Shown here: positions 1 to 7,390 of the stretch, piece after piece
Position numbering within the stretch: the stretch's first letter is position 1
Layout of the letters: every line of letters starts with the position of its first letter
Source of the DNA: Actinomycetota bacterium
Lineage (GTDB): Bacteria; Actinomycetota; Acidimicrobiia; Acidimicrobiales; Poriferisodalaceae
Direction of reading: 5' to 3'
NCBI GenBank assembly: GCA_013151655.1
Contig: JAADHX010000226.1
Span: forward strand, 1-32,676
Length of the DNA stretch: 32,676 nt
Position numbers and translations under genes: made by a program
The notes under the pieces: generated by a model
Seen by the model: the letters and a program-made list of their open reading frames with translations, nothing else
The model's database searches: none
Told to the model about the DNA's origin: nothing

Positions 1-115
1 CATGGCCCTCGAAATGGTTTCGTTCACCCGAAACCAGATCATGGCCCAAGCCGGCACCGCGATGCTCGCTCAAGCAAACCAGGCACCGCAGTCGATTCTG
101 TCCCTGCTCGGCTAA
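1..115 (+). CDS. fliC: flagellin, C-terminal end only (gene starts left of the window)
   Basis: Frame starting at nt 2 reads [37 protein letters not shown]-stop (TAA 113..115). This is the conserved flagellin C-terminal D0 helix. It parallels the C-terminus of the complete flagellin at 770..1591 (IALEMVTLTSAQILSKSAISMLGQANTTPQAVLELLN). Confidence 0.85.
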   Translation, partial: MALEMVSFTRNQIMAQAGTAMLAQANQAPQSILSLLG

Positions 116-182
116 AAGCCGGTTGAGCTGCGGTAGCACGCCGCTTGCGCACCCTCCTAGGTCGGCGAGAGCCCTGACGTAC

Positions 183-209
183 TTGAAACGTCCGGGTTCT
201 CGCCGACTA
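183..209 (+). promoter_or_regulatory. weak candidate sigma-28-type promoter upstream of fliS-flagellin (TTGA-N15-GCCGACTA)
   Basis: TTGA 183..186, 15-nt spacer, GCCGACTA 202..209. Partial match to the sigma-28 consensus TAAA-N15-GCCGATAA and to the two much better copies at 1610..1637 and 14207..14234. It lies in the intergenic region between the flagellin stop and the fliS start. Confidence 0.3.
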
Positions 210-283
210 CAGAGTGGGGAACGCGTTAGCTCCGTGCAGTCTCTGTTCAACGGGTCAACCCACCACTTGAGTTTCGAGGATTT

Positions 284-658
284 GTGCGAGATCACTACCT
301 ACAGCAATCGGTGTCTACGGCCACTCCAGCCCGCCTGATCACAATGCTCTATGACCGACTGCTGGTTGCCATTGAACGGTCGACGCAGGCGATTGACATC
401 ACGGGCGACCACGAAGTCGCCCATGACGAACTGGTTCGGGCGCAACGAATCGTGGACGAACTCCGATTCTCGCTCGATGCAGAAGCGGGCGGAGAAATCG
501 CTGAGAACCTGCGAGCTCTGTACGATTTCAGCCACGAGCAGCTACTGAGAGCCAACCTGAACAAAAACGCACGGGAGTTGGCCTCAATCGCAAAGATCTT
601 CGGCGAACTTCGTGAGGCCTGGTTCGAGTCGGTAGAACTGGGTCAGCACGCCAGCTAG
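284..658 (+). CDS. fliS: flagellar export chaperone FliS
   Basis: 124-aa ORF. GTG 284 is preceded by GAGGA (274..278). YLQQSVSTATPARLITMLYDRLLVAIERS matches the FliS N-terminal signature (Y..V.TASP..L..MLYD). It is flanked by flagellin genes. Confidence 0.85.
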   Translation: MRDHYLQQSVSTATPARLITMLYDRLLVAIERSTQAIDITGDHEVAHDELVRAQRIVDELRFSLDAEAGGEIAENLRALYDFSHEQLLRANLNKNARELASIAKIFGELREAWFESVELGQHAS

Positions 659-723
659 TTCAGGCTTCGAGAGCAAACACCTTACCCGGCGCACCTGTTC
701 GTCGACCCTTCATGCACAAACCC

Positions 724-765
724 ATATGGATGACCACGATGGTCTCCGGGTAAGCCATGGAGGGA
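724..765 (+). promoter_or_regulatory. flagellin 5' leader with two AUGGA motifs (putative CsrA binding sites; the second overlaps the Shine-Dalgarno)
   Basis: ATATGGATGA (GGA 728..730) and CATGGAGGGA (GGA 759..761; SD GGAGGGA 759..765, 4 nt before GTG 770), 31 nt apart. CsrA recognises GGA, optimally A(N)GGAUG. fliW and csrA are encoded in the same window. Confidence 0.4.
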
Positions 766-769
766 CATC

Positions 770-1591
770 GTGCGGATAAACCAAAACCCGGCAGCCTTTT
801 CTGCGTACAGAAACCTGACCGCGAACACCACGCTAACCAACCGAACGCTCGAGCGACTTTCATCTGGTCAACAGATCAATCGTGCGACCGACGACGCGGC
901 TGGACTTGTCCGGTCCGAAAGTCTCCGCACTCAAGTTAGTAGCACGATCCAAGCTACTCAGAACGCTCAGGATGGTGTGAGTTTTCTTCAGACCGCCGAA
1001 GGTGCTCTCGGCGAGGTCCAATCGATGTTGCAGCGAATGCGCGTCTTAGCGATCGACGCCGCCAACACCAGCTCAACCACTGGTCAACCGCAACAGATCG
1101 AGGTCCAAGAACTGATCGATGAAATCGAGGCCATTGGTGCCAGAACGACGTTTGGCGGCACCCGCGTTTTCCAAGATTTCTCCACAGCACCGCTGGTGTT
1201 CCAGATTGGCACCGGTTCGGCGCCTGGTGACAGACTTGAGATTTCCGACGACCTTCGCACCGATCCAGGTGTATTCGCTGGCGGGGTGTTGTCAACGCTT
1301 GACCTTGTCAACGATCCAGACGCCGCAATTGCAGCCCTCGATAGTGCCCTTGACCAGACATCGGCAATACGCGGCACCCTCGGCGCAAAAACTGGCAGGC
1401 TAGAACACGCAATCGACAATCTGCTAGTGGCACGCGAGAACCTCAGCGCATCGGAGAGTCGCATTCGCGACGCGGATATCGCCCTAGAGATGGTCACTCT
1501 CACGAGTGCGCAAATCCTGTCGAAGAGCGCTATCTCAATGCTCGGCCAGGCCAACACAACACCACAAGCGGTACTCGAACTCCTCAACTAA
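770..1591 (+). CDS. fliC: flagellin (short, 273 aa)
   Basis: N-terminus MRINQNPAAFSAYRNLTANT..LSSGQQINRATDDAAGL and C-terminus ..ILSKSAISMLGQANTTPQAVLELLN are the canonical flagellin D0/D1 helices. GTG start lies behind a strong SD. Confidence 0.95.
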   Translation: MRINQNPAAFSAYRNLTANTTLTNRTLERLSSGQQINRATDDAAGLVRSESLRTQVSSTIQATQNAQDGVSFLQTAEGALGEVQSMLQRMRVLAIDAANTSSTTGQPQQIEVQELIDEIEAIGARTTFGGTRVFQDFSTAPLVFQIGTGSAPGDRLEISDDLRTDPGVFAGGVLSTLDLVNDPDAAIAALDSALDQTSAIRGTLGAKTGRLEHAIDNLLVARENLSASESRIRDADIALEMVTLTSAQILSKSAISMLGQANTTPQAVLELLN

Positions 1592-1609
1592 CAGCATGGA
1601 CAGACTGAC

Positions 1610-1637
1610 TCAACTAGTTCGCCGGCTACGCCGATAG
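1610..1637 (+). promoter_or_regulatory. sigma-28 (FliA/WhiG)-type promoter upstream of fliD: TCAA-N16-GCCGATAG
   Basis: gaCTCAA(1610..1613)-16 nt-GCCGATAG(1630..1637) in the 104-bp flagellin-fliD spacer. The -10 is a 7/8 match to GCCGATAA. The same 5+8 nt at the same spacing recur at 14206..14234. Confidence 0.55.
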
Positions 1638-1695
1638 GAACCCAAGAGGACGATCGTCAGCCAAGGTGCGTCGATCATAGGAATCGAAGCCTTCA

Positions 1696-3366
1696 ATGGT
1701 CTCCCCAACATTTAGTTTCAGTGGCATCGCATCAGGGCTTGATACCGACGCGATCGTCAACAGCCTCATGCAGCTCGAGCGGTTGCCCATCGGACGGCTG
1801 AACGCTCAGCGGGCCGATTACAACGGCAAGCTGAACGCTTGGACGTCGATCACTACCAAGTTGTCGGACTTTCGAACGAGCGTCGATGAGGTGAGGTCCG
1901 TCGCAGACTTCAACGGGTTTGTTTCGGTGACATCGTCCAACGAAGACGCCGTTACTGTTTCCCTCGACGGAAGCCCGACCCCCAGTACTCTCAGCGTCAG
2001 CATCGAACAGCTCGCCGCCACGCATCAAGTGGCTACAGGTTCCGGACTACCGGAGTCCGACGCGCTGGTGGGTGCAGGAACTTTCACGCTTAGCGTCGAC
2101 GGGTCGCCCACGGACTTCACGACCGACGCGGCGACGACGCTCGACCAACTGGCAGCAGAGATCTCTTCAGCAGGCCTTGGTGTGTCCGCCTCGGTGATTC
2201 AGGTATCGCAAAACGACTACCGACTGCTGCTCGGCGCCACAGAATCGGGCGCGTCTGCAAGTTTTACGGCCTCAAGCGACATATCCGCATTCGGGACGAT
2301 CGATACGTTGGCCCAGGGTCAAGACGCCATCGCAAGGCTCGGTGATCCCATCACCGGCCTGCAGTTGACTCGCTCGACCAATGTGTTCACTGATGTGCTC
2401 GATGGGCTGTCATTTACCGCCCGCGCGACAACCACCACGCCAGTAGACATCACGGTTGCCCGCGACGCGGACGGTGCCTTCGAAGCGATCAAAGATGTGT
2501 TCACGTCGGCCAATGGCCTTCTAAGCGAGATCGAGTCCCAGACCGACTTCAACGCTGCCTCGGTCCGGGGTTCGCCGCTCACAGGTGACCGAACCGCTAG
2601 AAACATGGTGTTAACACTCCAATCTGCACTCAGTGAGCTTGTCCCCAACGGTGGCGAATTCACCGCTATTGGTCAGATCGGCATCTCGATTCAGCGCGAC
2701 GGCACCTACGAGATCGATGATGACGTTCTGCTTGCTGCTCTCGAAACCGACTTCGACAACGTAGTGTCGATGTTCGTCCAGGACACCGCAGCCGTGAACG
2801 CAAACCTGGCCGTCTTGGCTACGAGTAGTTCAACGATATCTGGGTCCTATGACGTGGTCGTCGACGTTGCCCCCGAGATTCCGCTTGTGGTGGGTTCTGC
2901 CTATGGCGCACCGGCACAGGACGAAGACCTCACCATCGACTTTGGCGGCACCAGCGTGACCGTCAACGTGGCTACCGGATCCGACATCAACCAAGCCATC
3001 ACGGCCATCAACGCAGGACTCATAGCTGCCGGACTGACCGCGGTTCTCGCCGAATTGGGCGACGCAGCCGGCTCGCCCGCTATTCAGATGTCCGCGCCAG
3101 GAGCGTACGGTTCGTTGGCTGTGCTCACAATCACCAACGATCAAGCCTTCGGCCTCGACGGTGTGACAACCGGAATCGACATTGTCGGCTCAATCGGCGG
3201 CCAAACCACAACCGGGGTTGGTGATGTGCTCGCAGCCACTTCGGGCGATCCGAACGGACTCCAGGTTCGAGTTTCGGCTACGGCAGTCGAAGTCGGCGGC
3301 GGCGGGTATCTGGTCGGAAGCGTAGGAACCACCCGGCTTAGGAAGTCGGCTGGATGCTTGGCTTGA
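1696..3366 (+). CDS. fliD: filament cap protein FliD, N-terminal and central part (frame 1; ORF ends prematurely)
   Basis: MVSPTFSFSGIASGLDTDAIVNSLMQLERLPIGRLNAQRADYNGKLNAWTSITTKLSDF is the FliD N-terminal signature. The last ~9 residues before TGA 3364..3366 (RKSAGCLA) look out-of-frame. The conserved FliD C-terminus is in the +1 frame (next feature). Confidence 0.9.
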   Translation: MVSPTFSFSGIASGLDTDAIVNSLMQLERLPIGRLNAQRADYNGKLNAWTSITTKLSDFRTSVDEVRSVADFNGFVSVTSSNEDAVTVSLDGSPTPSTLSVSIEQLAATHQVATGSGLPESDALVGAGTFTLSVDGSPTDFTTDAATTLDQLAAEISSAGLGVSASVIQVSQNDYRLLLGATESGASASFTASSDISAFGTIDTLAQGQDAIARLGDPITGLQLTRSTNVFTDVLDGLSFTARATTTTPVDITVARDADGAFEAIKDVFTSANGLLSEIESQTDFNAASVRGSPLTGDRTARNMVLTLQSALSELVPNGGEFTAIGQIGISIQRDGTYEIDDDVLLAALETDFDNVVSMFVQDTAAVNANLAVLATSSSTISGSYDVVVDVAPEIPLVVGSAYGAPAQDEDLTIDFGGTSVTVNVATGSDINQAITAINAGLIAAGLTAVLAELGDAAGSPAIQMSAPGAYGSLAVLTITNDQAFGLDGVTTGIDIVGSIGGQTTTGVGDVLAATSGDPNGLQVRVSATAVEVGGGGYLVGSVGTTRLRKSAGCLA

Positions 3367-3583
3367 TCTGCATGAAGGTATCGACGGCACGATCGCGAGA
3401 GCCCGAGGCGAGTGGGACACCAGAATCGAAGATGCCGACGAGAGCATTGAAAGCTTCGAACAACGGATGATTCTCAGGGAAGCCTCACTTCGCCGGGAGT
3501 TCACCGCCATGGAACAGGCCTTGGCTCAACTCCAGAACCAGGGCGGTTTCCTTACGAGCCTGCTTCCGCGTAACAACCGATGA
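3326..3583 (+). CDS. fliD: FliD C-terminal coiled-coil segment, encoded in the +1 frame relative to 1696..3366 (no start codon of its own)
   Basis: Frame open 3326..3583 encodes ..GLGSRLDAWLDLHEGIDGTIARARGEWDTRIEDADESIESFEQRMILREASLRREFTAMEQALAQLQNQGGFLTSLLPRNNR-stop. This fits the FliD C-terminal pattern (R..E..L...F..ME..L..LQ.Q..FL). Its stop overlaps the next ORF's ATG (ATGA at 3580..3583). Confidence 0.8.
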   Translation, partial: EPPGLGSRLDAWLDLHEGIDGTIARARGEWDTRIEDADESIESFEQRMILREASLRREFTAMEQALAQLQNQGGFLTSLLPRNNR

Positions 3584-3891
3584 TCTCGTCGGCACCAGAC
3601 CTTGACTGGGATGATCTCCTCGACGATTTCGAGGATCGAGTGGATGAGATCTGGTTCGTTCTCGACCACGGTGGCCAGCTCGAGACGCAGATATTCTCCC
3701 GCCCAGAAGGCACTCCAGCTGCGCCAACCACAGCCCAGCAAGACCGCTTGAGCAAGCTTCAAGCCGACGCCGTCGATGCGGCCGCAGAGCTGAATAAGCG
3801 GCTAGAGACCAATCGTTCCGAGAGCTCGACTCTCCAGCGCGGTTCGAAGGCAAGACGCACATACGTTGGGACTAAGCGCCTAGGACGATGA
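3580..3891 (+). CDS. hypothetical small acidic protein (103 aa) in the FliT position downstream of fliD
   Basis: ATG 3580 overlaps the stop of the shifted fliD frame (ATGA). Acidic N-terminus (DLDWDDLLDDFEDRVDE), helical-looking C-terminal half. No family recognised by eye; function is only suggested by position. Confidence 0.5.
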   Translation: MISSAPDLDWDDLLDDFEDRVDEIWFVLDHGGQLETQIFSRPEGTPAAPTTAQQDRLSKLQADAVDAAAELNKRLETNRSESSTLQRGSKARRTYVGTKRLGR

Positions 3892-4004
3892 CATCCGCGT
3901 CTGTCTGAAAAATCCAAATGGTTTCAACCCGTCGAACCCTTGACCGCGCGGTTGAACCGTCGACCTAACCAGCACAACAAATCCGTGCTCATGGACGAGC
4001 CTTA

Positions 4005-5651
4005 GTGCAGGCGACCTCAGGTCGCGCAGGTACTCATCTGATGGCCGAACCGTCCATAACACCCAAAGATCGCTTTGCGACCATGGCCCAGGCCCTGCCG
4101 TTGGCCCACAAGGTTTCGATCGGTGCGGCAGTTGCCGTAGTGGCGTTGTCGGCGGTGATGTTCTTCCAGTGGATCAGCTCGCCCTCATATTCAGTGTTGG
4201 CATCGGGCATCGACTCAGAAGAACTGGCAGACATCACAACCGAACTCGACCGGCTAAGCGTCGACTACCAGGTTGAAGCGGCAGGTACCCGTGTGACCGT
4301 AGCCAGAAGTCAGTTGGGCACGGCCATGGCCGGGCTAGGTGCCGCAGGAATCGCTACCAGCGACAATCCCGAGCGTGTTGGTTATGAGTTGCTGGACAAT
4401 CAAGGTCTTGCGGTTAGCTCGAACCTCGAACGTATCAACGTCCAGCGGGCCCTTGAGGGCGAGCTAGCGAGAACGTTGCGAGACTTCGATCGAATCACCG
4501 CGGCAACTGTTCATCTTGTAGTTCCAGACACAGGACTCTTTGGAGACCCGAATGCAGCCGAAGCCTCGGTCGTGCTCGACGTGCCCACCGACTTTACGCT
4601 GGGAGAAACTGATGCCGTTGCAGCCCTCATAGCCGGCTCAGTAGAGAACCTCGCCATCGACGACGTAACCATTGTCGATCTTCAGGGCCGCACCCTGAGA
4701 GTCGCTGCCGATGGCACCGACGCAACGACCGCCAACGGTCGCGACGTCCTGCGGACCATCGAGTTCGAACAACGGCTCGAGAGCGACATCACCAGGCTTC
4801 TGTTGACGACGGGCGCTGGCGACCGGGCAACCGTAATGGTCAGAGCCGAGCTCAATTTCGACAGAAGCGAATCGCGAACGGAAACGTTCGACAACACCAG
4901 TCAAATAGCAATCCGCGAGAGCTCGTCGAACGAGACGTTTACCGGGCCAGGGTCCGAGGCGCCTGGTGGAGTTGCTGGCGTCGACGGCGACACCGCCGAC
5001 ACGGCCGACGGTGAAGGGGCGATCGACTACAGCAAGATCGACACCGCAACCGAGTACGGCGTCAGCAACGTGATTACGAGCACCATCAACGCGCCGGGTG
5101 ACGTCGAGGCCATCCACATCGGGGTTGTTGTGGACGACGGCTCCATTACTGGCGCCGCTGTACCAGAAGCTGCAGTTCTTGAGGCCTTGATCTCGGCCGG
5201 AATTGGTCTACGCCCTGAACGAGGCGACACCCTGTCGGTTACCGCTACTCCTTTCCCCGAGGTTTCCGAGCCTTCAGACGGTTCGTCGCTTCTGGACACC
5301 GTCCCGGAGCCGGCCGCGGCGAGCCCTCTCGCCCTAATCCCCCAAGCTGTGGGCGGCCTAGCCATTGTCATAGCCGCCGTCGGACTCCTATTGATGTCGC
5401 GCCGTAAGAAGCTCTCGGCTACCGACGACGATGACGACGTGGACCTTCGTGACGAGGCGGCCGCGCTACTGGCAGGACCAGCCGCTGGTGGGGCTCTTGA
5501 TCCGGGTGCAGCCGGTGAACTTCCCCGTGGCGTCGGAACAACCGAAGAAGCCGGCGGTCAATCAGGAGTTCGTGGTGACGTAATTGATCTGGTCCAACGT
5601 CAACCTGAAGACATGGCTGCGCTGCTTCGCGGCTGGCTCGCTGAAGGCTGA
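4005..5651 (+). CDS. fliF: MS-ring protein FliF
   Basis: N-terminal TM (VSIGAAVAVVALSAVMFF) followed by SSPSYSVLASGIDSEELADITTELDRLSVDYQV.., then a second TM near the C-terminus (LAIVIAAVGLLLM) and a C-terminal FliG-binding tail (DMAALLRGWL). Alternative start ATG 4041. Confidence 0.9.
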   Translation: MQATSGRAGTHLMAEPSITPKDRFATMAQALPLAHKVSIGAAVAVVALSAVMFFQWISSPSYSVLASGIDSEELADITTELDRLSVDYQVEAAGTRVTVARSQLGTAMAGLGAAGIATSDNPERVGYELLDNQGLAVSSNLERINVQRALEGELARTLRDFDRITAATVHLVVPDTGLFGDPNAAEASVVLDVPTDFTLGETDAVAALIAGSVENLAIDDVTIVDLQGRTLRVAADGTDATTANGRDVLRTIEFEQRLESDITRLLLTTGAGDRATVMVRAELNFDRSESRTETFDNTSQIAIRESSSNETFTGPGSEAPGGVAGVDGDTADTADGEGAIDYSKIDTATEYGVSNVITSTINAPGDVEAIHIGVVVDDGSITGAAVPEAAVLEALISAGIGLRPERGDTLSVTATPFPEVSEPSDGSSLLDTVPEPAAASPLALIPQAVGGLAIVIAAVGLLLMSRRKKLSATDDDDDVDLRDEAAALLAGPAAGGALDPGAAGELPRGVGTTEEAGGQSGVRGDVIDLVQRQPEDMAALLRGWLAEG

Positions 5652-5659
5652 TCTGATCC

Positions 5660-6670
5660 ATGTCTGAAGCAGCCACCATGACGGGCAAACAAAAGGCCGC
5701 AGCCTTGCTGATTGCCATCGGCCCCGAGCAGGCGGCCGGCCTCCTGTCGTACATGGAAGAGGTCGAAGTCGAATCGATGGCCCAGGAGATAGCGCGGCTC
5801 GGCCGCGTGGCTGGTGGCACGCTCGATGGGGTTCTAGAAGAGTTCTGGAACACCGCAGCCGGCGAAGACGGTGAAGTCCTAGGCGGAATCGACTTTGCCA
5901 GGACGCTGCTCGAGACGTGGCAAGGCAGCCGCAGTGACGAGATGATCCAACGGCTGCTTGACGCAGCCCAGAACCGCCCGTTTGGTTTCTTAGCCCAGTT
6001 CGAAGCCGAACAAATCGTCCGATTCATCGTCGACGAGCATCCGCAGATAGTCGCTCTCGTCATCAGTCACCTACCGACTCATCTAGGCGCCGAGATCATC
6101 AGCAGCTTGCCCTCAAGCTTGCAGGGCGACGTTGCCAAACGAATCGCCAGGCTCGAACCGGCAACACCCGATGTAATCCGGACCGTCGAAGTCTCGCTTC
6201 GAACCCGCCTCGGCAATGTGACCGGAGCCGACCTGGCCACAGGCATTGCTGGCGCTGAGGGCCTGGCAATGTTGCTCAACAGCGCGGATCGAACCACTGA
6301 AAAGTCGATAATGACTCACCTCGGCGACAACGACCCAACGCTCGCAGAAGAAGTTAGAGCCTTAATGTTCGTGTTCGAGGACATCGTCGAGATGACCGAC
6401 AAGGACCTCCAGGAAGTGTTGCGCATCGTCGACACGAAGGAACTTGCCCTCGCCCTAAAGGGTGTGAAACCCGAGGTGAAAGACTGTGTCTTCCGTAACT
6501 TGTCCGAGCGGGCAGCAGAGGCCCTCGGCGACGAGCTCGAATTCCTGGGCGCGGTGAAGGTCAGCGAAGTCGATGCCGCCCAAACCGCGGTGGTGACCGT
6601 GATTCGCCAACTCGAGGAGGAAGGCCGCATCACAATGCGAGCTGGTGCCGACGGCGGACTGATCGAATGA
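5660..6670 (+). CDS. fliG: rotor/switch protein FliG
   Basis: TGKQKAAALLIAIGPEQAAGLLSYMEEVEVESMAQEIARL and the C-terminal torque-helix region (VLRIVDTKELALALKGVKPEVKDCVFRNLSERAAEAL) are typical FliG. Follows fliF. Confidence 0.95.
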   Translation: MSEAATMTGKQKAAALLIAIGPEQAAGLLSYMEEVEVESMAQEIARLGRVAGGTLDGVLEEFWNTAAGEDGEVLGGIDFARTLLETWQGSRSDEMIQRLLDAAQNRPFGFLAQFEAEQIVRFIVDEHPQIVALVISHLPTHLGAEIISSLPSSLQGDVAKRIARLEPATPDVIRTVEVSLRTRLGNVTGADLATGIAGAEGLAMLLNSADRTTEKSIMTHLGDNDPTLAEEVRALMFVFEDIVEMTDKDLQEVLRIVDTKELALALKGVKPEVKDCVFRNLSERAAEALGDELEFLGAVKVSEVDAAQTAVVTVIRQLEEEGRITMRAGADGGLIE

Positions 6671-6694
6671 CCCAATGAAAACGAAGCAGCACAA

Positions 6695-7390
6695 ATGATT
6701 CAGACTCCGGCTACGCAACACACGCGCCCTACTGTTGTACGCGCCGCCCCAAGCAATTCCATCAATGTCTCGAGCTATCCAACGGTTCTCCGCGGGGCAG
6801 CAATCAGCTCGCTCCCAACCACCGATGAGCCGGGCATGCCGAGCGGTCGTTCGGTGGCTCAGCCTTCACCTGAAACGGTTCTCAGACTCGATCCCGAGCT
6901 AGCTGCGCACGTCCAGAGCCTTGTTACAACCGCGGCCGACAACGCATACGCCAGCGGCGTGATCGATGGCCGGACTTTCGCAACTGAGCGCATCGAGGCG
7001 CTGACACGCGCCATCGACATCTCGACGGAGCAAGTTCGTTCGCTCACGGTGGACCATCGAGGAGCGTTTACCGACGAGGTTGCAACCCTCGCCGAGTCAA
7101 TCGCCACCGTGGTAGTCGACCGAACACCGCACGATGGTGGACAAGCCGTTCTACAGGCCGTCCGCGCCGAGTTGTCCAACCTCGCTGACACCGCCGTAAC
7201 ACTGAGTGTGCACGTCGACGACATGGCCATGGTCGCAGCTGGTATCACCCGCGACGATGTAGAAATCGCGGTGGACCCGAAACTTCAACCTGGCGAAGTG
7301 GTGATCTCCACACAATGGTCGACAATTGAGCGAACCCGATCTGCCGCGTGGTCGGCTATTCGCGCGGCACTCGAGAACGACGACATCTAG
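6695..7390 (+). CDS. fliH: flagellar export ATPase regulator FliH (divergent)
   Basis: Position after fliG. The C-terminal block VTLSVHVDDMAMVAAGITRDDVEIAVDPKLQPGEVVISTQWSTIERTRSAAWSAIRAAL fits the FliH/SctL C-terminal pattern (v.l.v.p.d...l....v.i..D..l..G..vi.t....iD......l..i). The N-terminal half is unassignable. Confidence 0.7.
   Translation: MIQTPATQHTRPTVVRAAPSNSINVSSYPTVLRGAAISSLPTTDEPGMPSGRSVAQPSPETVLRLDPELAAHVQSLVTTAADNAYASGVIDGRTFATERIEALTRAIDISTEQVRSLTVDHRGAFTDEVATLAESIATVVVDRTPHDGGQAVLQAVRAELSNLADTAVTLSVHVDDMAMVAAGITRDDVEIAVDPKLQPGEVVISTQWSTIERTRSAAWSAIRAALENDDI

Noticed and set aside
123-338. 71-aa ORF in the flagellin-fliS spacer
   Set aside because: It overlaps the fliS start in another frame. 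The composition is Arg/Ser-rich, with no SD and no motif, so it is not a gene.
3920-3990. Imperfect inverted and direct repeats upstream of fliF (GGTTTCAACC / GGTTGAACC; AACCCGTCGAACC / GAACCGTCGACC; AGCAC-N9-GTGCT), with a possible TTGACC -35
   Set aside because: The matches are short and imperfect. I cannot distinguish a terminator, operator or promoter from chance. Worth revisiting only with transcript-end data.
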